DNA of 64,000 nucleotides, from positions 3,530 to 67,529 of the forward strand of contig JAAYOM010000018.1 in the NCBI GenBank assembly GCA_012520315.1, written 5' to 3'. The translations under genes were made by a program, and so were the position numbers. Shown here in pieces: positions 51,101 through 61,598 of this stretch. The notes under the pieces are model-generated. The model saw nothing but the letters and a program-made list of their open reading frames with translations, ran no database searches and was not told the origin of the DNA. Positions within the stretch are counted from its first letter, which is position 1, and every line of letters begins with the position of its first letter. This DNA comes from Bacillota bacterium (GTDB lineage Bacteria; Bacillota; Limnochordia; Darwinibacteriales; Darwinibacteriaceae).

Positions 51101-52092
51101 GCAGCTTCAATATCCGAACCCCGCTCTTTTCGCACTGAGACAGGGATATGTTTTGCTTCCAAAACACGTGCAAACTCCATCACACCTTGCTCAGATGGCC
51201 TCCTTTGGGTCGCAACAGGATTAATTGGAATTAGATTTACATGGCAGAGCCGTCCTTTAAGGAGCCTGCTGAGACTTTTGGCCTGCTCCGGAGTATCATT
51301 AAAATTGCTGATTAGGGCATACTCATAAGAGATGCGCCGACCGGTCCGGTCCGTATAGTAATCGCAGGCCTGCAAAAGCTCAGCAAGGGGAAAACGTTTG
51401 TTAACCGGCATCACTTGTGATCGCTTTGCATCAGTCACCGCGTGGAGGGAAATAGCCAAATTGACCTGCAGATCCTCCTCCGCCAGGGCTTTGATCTGGG
51501 GAACCAACCCGCAGGTGGAGATGGTTATGCGACGGGCACCCAGGTTAAGCCCCTGTTCGTGGTTAATGAGGCGGACAGAACGCAGAACAGAGTCATAATT
51601 GGCCAGGGGTTCTCCCATACCCATGTAGACAATGTTAGAGATGCTCTGTCCCTTGGCCTTGAGCTGGTTTTCAACCCACAGAACCTGGGACACAATTTCT
51701 GCGGCTGACAAGTTACGAACAAAACCGCTGCGGCCTGTAGCACAGAAGGAGCAGTTCATGGCGCAGCCCACCTGAGTGGAAATACAGAGGGTCTGCCTTT
51801 TCTCATCGGGAATCAGCACTGTTTCGACAGTGGCCTGATCCGCCAGGGCAAAGAGATATTTTTCTGTGCCGTCCGTTGATCGTTGGCTGGCAGCCAGTTT
51901 GAGAGGCCAGGGCGAGCCAAAGGCCTGCTCCAAGCTGAAAATAACATGTTTAGGCAGATTTGTCATTTCTGCAAAACTCGCTGTTGCGTGTTTGTGAAGC
52001 CAGGAGAAGATCTGCTCCGCCCGAAACGGGGCAATTTGCCTCTGTTGCAGCCAGTCCTTTATTTCTTCAGGGAACATTCCCGTTAATTCCAC
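51064..52092 (-). CDS. rlmN: 23S rRNA/tRNA (adenine-C2)-methyltransferase RlmN (radical SAM)
   Basis: CAMNCSFCATG radical-SAM Cys cluster and the RlmN family. Confidence 0.95.
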   Translation of the reverse strand: MELTGMFPEEIKDWLQQRQIAPFRAEQIFSWLHKHATASFAEMTNLPKHVIFSLEQAFGSPWPLKLAASQRSTDGTEKYLFALADQATVETVLIPDEKRQTLCISTQVGCAMNCSFCATGRSGFVRNLSAAEIVSQVLWVENQLKAKGQSISNIVYMGMGEPLANYDSVLRSVRLINHEQGLNLGARRITISTCGLVPQIKALAEEDLQVNLAISLHAVTDAKRSQVMPVNKRFPLAELLQACDYYTDRTGRRISYEYALISNFNDTPEQAKSLSRLLKGRLCHVNLIPINPVATQRRPSEQGVMEFARVLEAKHIPVSVRKERGSDIEAACGQLRQTQLQE

Positions 52093-52121
52093 TTACAAAC
52101 CTCCAGTTCAGGGGTGAGATA

Positions 52122-52506
<385 letters not shown>

Positions 52507-52563
52507 CATAAATAGTATATACCCCAACTGTGCACTCTGTCTAGAGAAATTTATCAACTGCGC

Positions 52564-53313
52564 TTAGGAACCCAGGCATTCCTCTGCTACTTTTGCAATC
52601 AGTAGGGAGTTGGTGGGCATGCGTTCTTCGCAGTATGGTTCACACAGCCTGCTGATGTAGACGGTATTGCCATGTTCCCAGGCGGCCACGATCGCGTTGC
52701 GAATAGCGGCCTCAACTCCACTGGCTGTTGTGTGATATTTCTTAGCCAGCGCAGGATAGATTTCCTTAGTCAAACCGCCGGCAAAGTAACCTTCATCGCT
52801 GTACATCAACACCGCATCCCGTAAATACGAAAATCCTTTGTAATGGGGCGGAACACCCATATCATGTAGCAGTTTCACTATCGCCTGTTCTGCGCTGGTT
52901 CTGGATTCTAAGGCGGCTGCCCCTTCCGGAGCAATCATCTCCGGTACCGTTCCGGCAAATTCCCGCAGCCTCTTGGCCAACACTTCAAGCTGGAAAGGCT
53001 TGATCATAAAATAATCAGCACCCAGGGCCATTAGACGGGACAGTAAATTATCTGTGCCAAAGGCGGTGATCACAACCACTTTCGGCTTTTTCTTCAGGTT
53101 CAAAGTGTGCAAGCGTTCCATAACGCCCAGTCCGTCTAGGTAGGGCATGGTAATATCAAGGAGCACCACATCAGGTTCAAGGCTTTGAATCAAGTCAACT
53201 GCCCCTTCCCCGTCGTGAGCCATCCCAACCACTTCAAGGTCAGGTTGTCTGTCAAAATAGTCCTCTAAGGCCTTGCAGAGTTCCACATTATTGTCGACAA
53301 CTAACACTCGCAT
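52564..53313 (-). CDS. Spo0A-like response regulator (receiver + Spo0A_C DNA-binding domain) with a divergent recognition helix
   Basis: Receiver domain (VVDNN...LLDITMPYLDG) and a C-terminal domain collinear with Spo0A (KGFSYLRDAVLMY...YPALAKKYHTTASGVEAAIRNAIVAAWEHGN...PTNSLLIAKVAEE). The near-invariant TTASRVERAIRHAIE helix is replaced by TTASGVEAAIRNAIV. Confidence 0.75.
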   Translation of the reverse strand: MRVLVVDNNVELCKALEDYFDRQPDLEVVGMAHDGEGAVDLIQSLEPDVVLLDITMPYLDGLGVMERLHTLNLKKKPKVVVITAFGTDNLLSRLMALGADYFMIKPFQLEVLAKRLREFAGTVPEMIAPEGAAALESRTSAEQAIVKLLHDMGVPPHYKGFSYLRDAVLMYSDEGYFAGGLTKEIYPALAKKYHTTASGVEAAIRNAIVAAWEHGNTVYISRLCEPYCEERMPTNSLLIAKVAEECLGS

Positions 53314-53398
53314 AGGGACTCCCTCCCGCCAGTTTTATCTTCCATTTGACAAATTTTGGCGAAGTCCTGCCCAATGATCAATTCTTGTCAACTTAATG

Positions 53399-54739
53399 TT
53401 AAACTCTATATTTTCTAAAAATGGCCAAAAAGAAACCGTCCAGCCCATGGCGATGGGGAAAGATACTCTTTATCCAGGCAGGTTCATCTGAAAGTGGGAA
53501 CCAGTCTGGAAAGGAGAACCCCTGAAAGTCCCTGTGGTTGGCTAGAAACCACTCGGCCGCAGCCTGATTTTCATCCCTAGTCAAAGTGCAGGTTGAATAC
53601 AGCAAAAGCCCGCCAGGGGCAACATAATCTGCAGCTGCCTGCAGAATTTGCCTCTGCAAAGCGGCAAGTTCCCTAACATCCCCCGGCCCCTTGCGCCAGC
53701 GAATATCCGGGCGATGACCCATGGTACCCAGTCCAGAACAGGGGGCATCAACTAAAACTCTAGGCACAGGCGGGAGTTTAAGGTTCTGGGCAGCATCTCC
53801 CGGCTTGGTTTCGATGATTGTAACTCCCAGGCGCCTGGCATTCTTATCAACCAGTTTTAAACGGGCCGGGCTAATATCAAAGGCTGTAATTTTCCCTTGA
53901 TTACCCATGAGCTGCGCTAAATGGGTGGCCTTTCCCCCAGGTGCGCTGCACAGATCATAAACTGCCTGTCCGGGCACTGCCTGCAAGGCATGGGCTGCCA
54001 GAGCGCTGCTTTCATCCTGCACATAGTACATGCCTGCTTCCAGAGCCGGATCACTTATCACTAAATGGGCCGGGCCTACTTCCAAAACATCAGGGGCATA
54101 ACGCCCCGGCGAAACGCTCATCCCCTGCCCCGCCAGATAGGAGTGGACCTCCTCTTTGGAGTACCTCAGGGTGTTGATGCGAATATGCATCTTAGGCGGT
54201 TCATTCAGGGCCTGGCAAAGGGCAGCTGTCTCTTCTTTCCCAAGCCAGTTGAGCCAGTGTCCGACGATCCAGTCAGGAAAGGAATACTTGACGCCAAGAT
54301 GCTGGACTAAATCTGATTCTGGATCGGGATAGGCTATAGTTTCGCCTTGGCGGATTACCTGCCTCAACACCCCGTTAACAAACCTGGCCACACCTTCGTG
54401 ACCAAAAAGGCGGGCAAGATTAACCGCCTCATGGACTGCCGCCCGGGCCGGCACCCGGTCGAGATAGAGAATCTGGTAAACTGCGCTGCGCAGCACATTT
54501 AAAACGGCAGGTTTGATTTTAGACAGGGGCCTGGAACTAAAGGAAGCAAGCACATAATCCAGATTGCGGCGCATCCGCACAGTGCCGTAGACCAGCTCTG
54601 TGTAAAGGCCCTGATCAAGCCCGCTTAAGGCGCTGTGCCGCAAATGTGAATCGAGGACTTCTCCCAGGAAGTCCTCAGTTTTCTCCAGTTCATTTAAGGT
54701 TAGCACGGCCAGCTGCCGTGGATTTCTGACCCTGGCCAT
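53399..54739 (-). CDS. rsmB: 16S rRNA (cytosine967-C5)-methyltransferase RsmB (Sun)
   Basis: NusB-like N-terminal domain plus a SAM-dependent methyltransferase (DLCSAPGGKATH, PCSGLG). Confidence 0.9.
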   Translation of the reverse strand: MARVRNPRQLAVLTLNELEKTEDFLGEVLDSHLRHSALSGLDQGLYTELVYGTVRMRRNLDYVLASFSSRPLSKIKPAVLNVLRSAVYQILYLDRVPARAAVHEAVNLARLFGHEGVARFVNGVLRQVIRQGETIAYPDPESDLVQHLGVKYSFPDWIVGHWLNWLGKEETAALCQALNEPPKMHIRINTLRYSKEEVHSYLAGQGMSVSPGRYAPDVLEVGPAHLVISDPALEAGMYYVQDESSALAAHALQAVPGQAVYDLCSAPGGKATHLAQLMGNQGKITAFDISPARLKLVDKNARRLGVTIIETKPGDAAQNLKLPPVPRVLVDAPCSGLGTMGHRPDIRWRKGPGDVRELAALQRQILQAAADYVAPGGLLLYSTCTLTRDENQAAAEWFLANHRDFQGFSFPDWFPLSDEPAWIKSIFPHRHGLDGFFLAIFRKYRV

Positions 54740-55419
54740 TAGCGTCTCCGCTGTCCCCTTAAGAGCAGCAGGCGGAGCAGCTGCGTTGCAGACACAGCCA
54801 CCGCAGCTACATAGGTGAGGGCGGCCGCATTCAGCACCGCTTTGGCCTTCGGCACTTCAGCCCTGCTTAAGTAACCGCCGGCACTTAGAAAGCCAAGGGC
54901 TCGCCTGGAAGCATTAAACTCCACAGGCAAAGTTACCAGTTGAAAGCCGAGGGCGGCAATGAAGAACCAAATGCCAACCAACATCAGAACATCAAAACTG
55001 AACAAGAAACCCAGCAAAAAGAGGGGCATAGCCATTTGGGAACCAAGGCTCGCAACTGGAAACAATCCAGTTCGCAACGCCAACGGAGCATACTTTTGGG
55101 CGTGCTGCACCGCATGGCCCACCTCATGGGCTGCAACGCCTAAAGCGGCAACACTAGTGCCGCTGTAGACATCTGCTGAAAGACGCACCGTGTTAGAACG
55201 GGGATCATAATGATCAGTCAATCTGCCGCCAATCCGCTCCACATTTACATTATGCAGACCATTATCATCCAAAATCTGCCGCGCGATTTGGCTTCCGGTA
55301 AAACCGGCATAGGAGCGTTCCCTTAAGAAACGGCTAAAAGTGCTGTTCACCTTGAATTGCGCATACATGGCGAAAAACAAGGCAGGAAGAACTAAAATAA
55401 ACGTGGGATCGTAAAACAT
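54739..55419 (-). CDS. Putative neutral zinc metallopeptidase (membrane-associated, HExxH)
   Basis: HEVGH motif, an N-terminal TM helix and C-terminal TM helices; resembles the Zn-peptidase family often found between fmt and rsmB. Confidence 0.7.
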   Translation of the reverse strand: MFYDPTFILVLPALFFAMYAQFKVNSTFSRFLRERSYAGFTGSQIARQILDDNGLHNVNVERIGGRLTDHYDPRSNTVRLSADVYSGTSVAALGVAAHEVGHAVQHAQKYAPLALRTGLFPVASLGSQMAMPLFLLGFLFSFDVLMLVGIWFFIAALGFQLVTLPVEFNASRRALGFLSAGGYLSRAEVPKAKAVLNAAALTYVAAVAVSATQLLRLLLLRGQRRR

Positions 55420-55436
55420 CCAATCTCCTCCTCTTG

Positions 55437-56354
55437 TTATAGAAAATCTCCAACGCGCAGACGCAAACCATTGGCAAAGTCCGCGCCCGAAACAGCCTTC
55501 GCATTTGGCCTTTGTACCCTAATCAGATGCAAGGAACCGCTGCCGCAGCCAACAAGCAGACCCTCCCCTGCCAAGGCCAAGATCTCACCTGGAGCACCCT
55601 GAATTTCACTGGGAGAAGCGGAGTGAATCTTTACCATCTCCTCCCCTACGTAAGTGTAAGCCAAAGGCCAGGGATTCATGCCCCGAATTAAGCGATCGAG
55701 CTTGTCAGCAGCTTCTGTAAAATCTACATATGAATCTTTTTTAGACAGCTTAAAGGCGTAGCTCGCCCCCTCGTGATCCTGGGGTATGCGGGGGGCCTGG
55801 CCGCCTGCAATTTGCCGCACAGTCTCACGCAAAAGTTTGGCTCCTTTCACCATCAAGCGATCATGGAGATCGCCTGCAGTGTCCCTGGGCAACACGGCCT
55901 CTTGTTCCTGGAGGATAATGTCACCGGTATCCCAGCCTGCATCCATATACATGGTTGTGACACCTGTAACAGGGTCTCCATTTACAATTGCAGCGTTAAT
56001 AGGTGCCGCTCCCCGGTATTTGGGAAGCAGGGAGCTGTGCACATTTACGCAACCATAGCGAGGCATATTCAGCACCGGATCGGGGAGCTTCTGCCCAAAG
56101 GCCACTACCGCAAACAGATCGGCCTGATAGGCCTCGAGCTGCTCTATAGCCTCGGCACTGCCGATCTTCTCCGGCTGGAAAACTTCTAAGCCATGCTTTA
56201 GTGCGGTTTCTTTGACCGGGGATGGGCGTAGGCGCTGACCCCGTCCGCTTCTGCGGTCGGGCTGAGTAACCACGGCAACCACATCATGCTCCTCTACCAG
56301 CTCTTCCAGGCTGGGCACAGCAAATTCCGGGGTTCCCATAAAGACAATGCGCAT
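55437..56354 (-). CDS. fmt: Methionyl-tRNA formyltransferase
   Basis: MRIVFMGTPEFAVPSL plus the formyltransferase SLLP motif. Confidence 0.95.
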   Translation of the reverse strand: MRIVFMGTPEFAVPSLEELVEEHDVVAVVTQPDRRSGRGQRLRPSPVKETALKHGLEVFQPEKIGSAEAIEQLEAYQADLFAVVAFGQKLPDPVLNMPRYGCVNVHSSLLPKYRGAAPINAAIVNGDPVTGVTTMYMDAGWDTGDIILQEQEAVLPRDTAGDLHDRLMVKGAKLLRETVRQIAGGQAPRIPQDHEGASYAFKLSKKDSYVDFTEAADKLDRLIRGMNPWPLAYTYVGEEMVKIHSASPSEIQGAPGEILALAGEGLLVGCGSGSLHLIRVQRPNAKAVSGADFANGLRLRVGDFL

Positions 56355-56852
56355 TCACTCACCCTCTCCAATCTCAGCCACTTCAACATCTGGCTCCTCG
56401 TCAACTTCGGCTTCCGCGATCATGCGTTCCAGCATTAACACGCCATCTAAATGATCAATTTCATGCTGCAGCGCCCGGGCATAAAGGCCATCCGCCTGAA
56501 TGCGAACCGGTTTGCCCTTTTCGTCCCTGCCTGTTACCTCAACCTCCGTTGCGCGCTTCACGTATACCCAGCGTTCAGGAATACTCAGACAGCCTTCTAC
56601 ATCTATCTCTTCGCCGCTGGAGGCTGCGATCTGCGGATTGACAAGAACCACGGGCCCTTCCCCCACATCTAAGACTACAATTCTTTTGCTGACTCCAACT
56701 TGGGGGGCGGCCAAACCGATTCCGTTTGCCTCATACATCGTTTCCAGCATATCATCTATTAATTTCGCAATCTTCTTGGTTATTCTGGGTACTTCCTCTG
56801 CTGTTTTTTCCAAAACAGGATCACCCACAGTGACAATAGGTAGCTTAGCCAC
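56355..56852 (-). CDS. def: Peptide deformylase
   Basis: GIGLAAPQVG, EGCLS and HEIDHLDG motifs. Probable GTG start at 56852 (GAGGTG RBS); the track ORF begins with TTG at 56867. Confidence 0.9.
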   Translation of the reverse strand: MAKLPIVTVGDPVLEKTAEEVPRITKKIAKLIDDMLETMYEANGIGLAAPQVGVSKRIVVLDVGEGPVVLVNPQIAASSGEEIDVEGCLSIPERWVYVKRATEVEVTGRDEKGKPVRIQADGLYARALQHEIDHLDGVLMLERMIAEAEVDEEPDVEVAEIGEGE

Positions 56853-56891
56853 TATACAACACCTCAATTCTCCTGCAGATATTATATCATA

Positions 56892-59081
56892 TTAGAGCAT
56901 ATAAAGGGGATCAATGTCGATGGTTACAAGCACCTGATCCTCTACTGCAGGGAGTTGCCGCAGTATTGTTGAAGGAGAATCATTACTCTTTAGCACAATC
57001 TGCCAGCGGTAGCGTCCCTGAATTTTGCCAATCGGCGCCGGCGCCGGCCCAAAGAGATCCTGGCCGGGGAATCCCTGACTTAACAGGTAGGCATGGATGC
57101 CTCTGGCAGCTGTTTCTGCCGCCTGCCTGGGGCCGCTGCATAAAATCCGGGTCAGCTGCCGAAAGGGAGGATAACCCAGCTGTCTGCGGAAACCTATTTC
57201 CTTGCGGTAAAACTCCAGATAATCATGGTTCTGGGCTGCCCGGACCGCAAAGTGGGCCGGGTCATAGGACTGGATGATTACCTCACCCTCCTTCTCGCCC
57301 CTGCCGCTGCGCCCTGCCACTTGCGTCAGGAGTTGAAACGTACGTTCAGGAGAGCGAATATCAGGAAAATTCAGAGATAAATCCGCGCTGAGCACACCAA
57401 CCAACGTCACGTTGGGAAAGTCAAAGCCTTTCGCCACCATTTGGGTGCCCACCAAGACCTGGGCCTGACCCTGGGCAAATCTGCGCAAGATAGCTGCATG
57501 GGCCCCCTTGCGCCGGGTAGTGTCTGCATCGAGGCGAATTGATTTCAGTTCAGGGAACTCCCTGGTCAGGGTTTCCTGCACTTGTTCCGTGCCAACCCCA
57601 AATTGGCGGAGGAACCGCGATGCACATTTTGGACAAGACTTTGGCAGCGCTTCCCTATGCAGGCAGTAATGGCAGTGCAGCCGGTCATCTTCCTGGTGGT
57701 AAGTCAGGGAGACCTGGCAGTTCGGACACCCCAACACTTCCCCGCACTCTCGGCAGAGCACAAAGCGGGAAAACCCGCGCCTGTTTAAAAGGATAATTGC
57801 TTGATTGCATGTGGCAGCGAGCTTGCCTAACGCCTCTTTCAGCTCCGTGCTGAAGATGGAGCGGTTCCCCTGTTCAAACTGGACCCGCATATCAACCACG
57901 CGCACACCAGGGAGCGGTCTTGCCTCAACCCTTTCAGTCAGTTCAGCCAGAATGTAGCTTCCTTTAAGAGCGCGGTGATAGCTTTCCAGGGCGGGGGTGG
58001 CGCTTCCTAACACAACCTGGCCCCCTGCTAATTCACAGCGCTTCACCGCCACATCCCGAGTGTGGTAGCGGATCGAGCCTTCCTCCTGCTTGTAAGTGGT
58101 TTCATGTTCCTCATCCAGGACAATCAGGCCCAGCTTCCGGGTGGGGGCAAAGACAGCGGAACGGGCTCCAATTACCACATCTACTTCACCATGGTAGGTT
58201 TTCCACCATTGGTCAAAGCGTTCCCCCAGTGAAAGGCCGCTATGCAGAACCGAAATCCTCTCCCCGAAACGTGCTGCAAAACGGTTTACTGTCTGGGGGG
58301 TTAGGGCGATTTCCGGAACCAGAACAATCGCCTGCCGGCCCTTTTTGATCACATCGGCAATCACATTTAGGTAGACTTCTGTTTTTCCGCTCCCGGTCAC
58401 CCCGTGGAGCAGGACTGGACGTCTTCGGCCCTGAAGCTCCTGCTGAATGATTTCAACAGCAGCTTCTTGTTCAGCGGTCAGGGTAAACTTAGGATCGGGA
58501 ATTTCGTCCCACTCCACTTTTCTCTCTAAGATAGAAGTTTCTAGCGCGATGACGCCCTGTTCCTCCAAGGCCCGCAGCGCAGCATGGCTGGCTTTGGCCC
58601 GCTTCACCAGGTCGGATGCGAGGAGTCTCGGTTCCTGCTGCAGGATTTTTACAATCCTTTGTTGGGCAACAGCATTCTTTCTCAAGCTGGGGTTTTGCAC
58701 CAGCAGTGTTACAGTCTGGGCAGTCTTGGCCCCTACCCTTTCCTTCCCGTATCTAAAGGCTGGAGGCAGCATGTACTGCAGCGCCTCTGAGAAAAGGCCC
58801 ACATAAGTCTCTCCCATCCAGCGGGCGAGCTCAACCAGGGAAGGGAGAATAATGGGCTCGGGATCCAAAAGATCGGCCAGATCTTTTAGCTTCCCTTCCT
58901 CTACTTCCAGCTCGCTGGATAGCTCTACTACATATCCCTCCAGCTTGCGGCGGCCGAAGGGTACTAGCACCCGGTGGCCGATCTCAATTTTATCTTTGAA
59001 GGGCGCCGGTATTCTATATTGAAAGATCCGATTAACCGCATCAGCCCTCACATCTACAATGACTCCGGCATACTGTTCCAT
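56892..59081 (-). CDS. priA: Primosomal protein N' (PriA)
   Basis: SF2 helicase (GVTGSGKT, DEEH) plus the Cys-rich Zn-binding insert (CRECGEVLGCPNC...CHYC). Confidence 0.95.
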   Translation of the reverse strand: MEQYAGVIVDVRADAVNRIFQYRIPAPFKDKIEIGHRVLVPFGRRKLEGYVVELSSELEVEEGKLKDLADLLDPEPIILPSLVELARWMGETYVGLFSEALQYMLPPAFRYGKERVGAKTAQTVTLLVQNPSLRKNAVAQQRIVKILQQEPRLLASDLVKRAKASHAALRALEEQGVIALETSILERKVEWDEIPDPKFTLTAEQEAAVEIIQQELQGRRRPVLLHGVTGSGKTEVYLNVIADVIKKGRQAIVLVPEIALTPQTVNRFAARFGERISVLHSGLSLGERFDQWWKTYHGEVDVVIGARSAVFAPTRKLGLIVLDEEHETTYKQEEGSIRYHTRDVAVKRCELAGGQVVLGSATPALESYHRALKGSYILAELTERVEARPLPGVRVVDMRVQFEQGNRSIFSTELKEALGKLAATCNQAIILLNRRGFSRFVLCRECGEVLGCPNCQVSLTYHQEDDRLHCHYCLHREALPKSCPKCASRFLRQFGVGTEQVQETLTREFPELKSIRLDADTTRRKGAHAAILRRFAQGQAQVLVGTQMVAKGFDFPNVTLVGVLSADLSLNFPDIRSPERTFQLLTQVAGRSGRGEKEGEVIIQSYDPAHFAVRAAQNHDYLEFYRKEIGFRRQLGYPPFRQLTRILCSGPRQAAETAARGIHAYLLSQGFPGQDLFGPAPAPIGKIQGRYRWQIVLKSNDSPSTILRQLPAVEDQVLVTIDIDPLYML

Positions 59082-59129
59082 CTTCTATCACCGCCAAAAA
59101 AACCTGTGGTGTTTGACCACAGGCTTTCC

Positions 59130-59324
59130 TTAGTTTGATTCACCCTTATTGTGCTTCCACTGAATCTTGCCTGCTTTTAACTCTTCAATGGCTATACTCA
59201 CAGGCTTTCTTGACTTGCACTCTATAACAGGCTCAGCACCGCCAATTAGTTGCCTGGCCCTTTGTGAAACGGCCACAATTGCCGTATAACGATCTATCTT
59301 ATCTGCTTGTTTCGGTGTATTCAA
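59130..59324 (-). CDS. rpoZ: DNA-directed RNA polymerase subunit omega
   Basis: RpoZ core (DKIDRYTAIVAVSQRARQL). TTG start at 59324 preceded by AAGGAGGT; the longer track ORF overlaps gmk. Confidence 0.8.
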   Translation of the reverse strand: MNTPKQADKIDRYTAIVAVSQRARQLIGGAEPVIECKSRKPVSIAIEELKAGKIQWKHNKGESN

Positions 59325-59937
59325 CTGACGAACCTCCTTTCCAAACCGTTCGCAACCTTTCCAGATCAAGCCGATTGACCCTGGACCATTCACTGAGGAT
59401 AATCTGCCTCAGCTGTTCGGCAGCACGGCCTAGGTCATCGTTGATTATATAATAATCATAGTCTACTATATGCTTAATTTCTTCATGAGATTTAGCCAGT
59501 CTCCGTCTGATAACTTCCTCAGAATCAGAGCCCCGGCGCTTCAAGCGCCTGCTTAGCTCCTCAGGGGTTGGGGGTAGCAAGAAAACGAACACCGCCTCGG
59601 GCATTTTCTCCCTGATTTGGGCTGCTCCCTGAATATCAATATCCATAATGACTGCGTTACCCGCTTCAATCTGATCATAAACAAAACTCTTCGGCGTACC
59701 GTAACGGTAACCTACAAAGGTAGCCGACTCTAATAATAGGTCATCTTTGAGCATTTGGTCAAACTCTTCTTCAGTGCGAAAAAAGTAGTTAACCCCATCC
59801 ACTTCCCCTGCACGAGGGGGTCTAGTGGTTACGCTAATGGAATATTTCAAGTTAGGGATAGTGGGAAAAACGGCATTCATCACAGAATTTTTCCCAGCCC
59901 CGCTCGGACCGGACAAGACTATGAGAAAACCTTTCAT
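59299..59937 (-). CDS. gmk: Guanylate kinase
   Basis: P-loop GPSGAGK and the guanylate kinase fold; start at the internal Met MKGFLIVLSG. Confidence 0.95.
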   Translation of the reverse strand: MKGFLIVLSGPSGAGKNSVMNAVFPTIPNLKYSISVTTRPPRAGEVDGVNYFFRTEEEFDQMLKDDLLLESATFVGYRYGTPKSFVYDQIEAGNAVIMDIDIQGAAQIREKMPEAVFVFLLPPTPEELSRRLKRRGSDSEEVIRRRLAKSHEEIKHIVDYDYYIINDDLGRAAEQLRQIILSEWSRVNRLDLERLRTVWKGGSSVEYTETSR

Positions 59938-59994
59938 TTTTAACCCACCATCCCTCACATCCTGTAGTGTACCCTTCAACTCAGCAGTAACCCC

Positions 59995-60267
59995 CTATTT
60001 CTCATTAGGTTCTAGTTGTTCCTTGTTGGTTAAGCGATGTGCCACGGTTTCAGGTTGCACTGCTGACAAAATGATGTGATCACTATCAGCGATAATCACC
60101 GCCCTGGTGCGCCGGCCGTAGGTGGCATCAATAAGCATACCCCTTTCTCTGGCCTCTTGCACCATTCGTTTGATGGGAGCCGATTCGGGGCTGACGATAG
60201 CCACAATTCTGTTGGCTGCCACAATGTTTCCGAATCCAATATTGATTAGCCGTATCCCCATGTTCAC
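59995..60267 (-). CDS. remA: Extracellular matrix regulator RemA (YlzA/DUF370)
   Basis: [29 protein letters not shown] is nearly identical to the B. subtilis RemA core. Confidence 0.85.
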   Translation of the reverse strand: MNMGIRLINIGFGNIVAANRIVAIVSPESAPIKRMVQEARERGMLIDATYGRRTRAVIIADSDHIILSAVQPETVAHRLTNKEQLEPNEK

Positions 60268-60280
60268 AGCTCCTTACAGG

Positions 60281-60589
60281 TTATCCCAGCCGCTCCAGCA
60301 GCCTTTCTCTTTGCCTCTTACCCAAACCTTGTACGCGGCGATTCTCGTTGATACCAATTTCACGCATGATCTTCTCAGATGTTACCTTGCCCACCTGCGG
60401 CAGAGACTGAAGAAGATAGGTGACGCGCATTCTAGCTATCACTTCGTCATCAACTGAATCCAACACTTCCTCGAGAGTCATAGTGCCCTTTTTCAGCTTG
60501 GCCCTCACTTCCGCGCGCTTGCTCCGCATTTCCTGGGCCTTCTTCAACGCATCGAGCTTCTCGTCCTGTGTCAAATGTGGCAATGCCAT
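60281..60589 (-). CDS. Integration host factor-like protein, actinobacterial mIHF type
   Basis: 102 aa collinear with M. tuberculosis mIHF (MALPQLT...ALLEALPKVGKV...GLGDRQRKALLE); mIHF is likewise adjacent to gmk-rpoZ in Actinobacteria. Confidence 0.75.
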   Translation of the reverse strand: MALPHLTQDEKLDALKKAQEMRSKRAEVRAKLKKGTMTLEEVLDSVDDEVIARMRVTYLLQSLPQVGKVTSEKIMREIGINENRRVQGLGKRQRERLLERLG

Positions 60590-60632
60590 ACTTGTTCACC
60601 CCCTTCTTCACAACTTTTAGGACAATGTAGGC

Positions 60633-61535
60633 TTATTCGATATTCTGAACCTGTTCCCGAATTTTCTCCAACTCACTTTTCATGTTCACTACCGACCCGG
60701 ATATATGTACATTGTTGGCCTTCGAGCCTATGGTATTCACTTCTCGGTTCATTTCCTGAATCAGAAAGTCCAGTTTTCGCCCGACCGAATCCTCCGATCG
60801 CAAGGTGTCTTTGAACTGTTGGATATGACTTGCCAAACGCACCAGTTCTTCGTCGATGCTGCAGCGATCGGCAAACAAGGCCACTTCGCCTAGAAAACGC
60901 TCTTCTGTCAGGGTTGTACCGTCAATGAGCTCACCTAGGCGTTCACGCAGACGCTGTTTGTAATCGGAGATCACCTGGGGCGCAATTTGCGCCACATCTT
61001 CCCTTAGTTTCTCTACCTGAAGAACTTTCTCCTCTAAATCGGCATGCAGTCTGCGCCCTTCAGCCGCCCGCATCGCTTCTAATCCGTCTAGGGCTTGATT
61101 AGCTGCCTGGCTAACCAGACCTTGCAGATTATCCCAGTCTAGGGGCGGCTCGTCCACCTCTAAAAGACCAGGCAGGGACAAAACATCAGACAACTGAATC
61201 GGCTCGGCACTTTCCAGTTCACTTTGGATTGTCCGAAGCGCCTGCAGATATCCCCTGAAGAGAGCATTATTAATCTGTACACTTCGCTCTTGATCGCCGA
61301 ATTCCTCCACCGACAGCATCACTTCTACCCTGCCCCGGGCCAGTCTGCCTGTGATAACTGTTCTGATGGTGTCCTCCAACTGACTGTATTGTTTCGGGAT
61401 CCGGAAAAACAAGTCTAAATAACGATGGTTAACTGATTTCACTTCTACTTGGACAGAGTATCTGGCATCCACCGCTTCACCTTGTCCAAAACCCGTCATA
61501 CTCTTGATCAACTCTCTCGCCTCCATGTGCGCCAT
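60633..61535 (-). CDS. yicC: YicC family protein (YloC; stress-induced endoribonuclease family)
   Basis: N-terminal IKSMTGFG motif and the YicC N/C domains. Confidence 0.9.
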   Translation of the reverse strand: MAHMEARELIKSMTGFGQGEAVDARYSVQVEVKSVNHRYLDLFFRIPKQYSQLEDTIRTVITGRLARGRVEVMLSVEEFGDQERSVQINNALFRGYLQALRTIQSELESAEPIQLSDVLSLPGLLEVDEPPLDWDNLQGLVSQAANQALDGLEAMRAAEGRRLHADLEEKVLQVEKLREDVAQIAPQVISDYKQRLRERLGELIDGTTLTEERFLGEVALFADRCSIDEELVRLASHIQQFKDTLRSEDSVGRKLDFLIQEMNREVNTIGSKANNVHISGSVVNMKSELEKIREQVQNIE

Positions 61536-61598
61536 CTCTAGTACCTTCTGGATCTGACAAAATAATCCTGCAAGGAGACTATTGAAAAAGTCTCCAGT

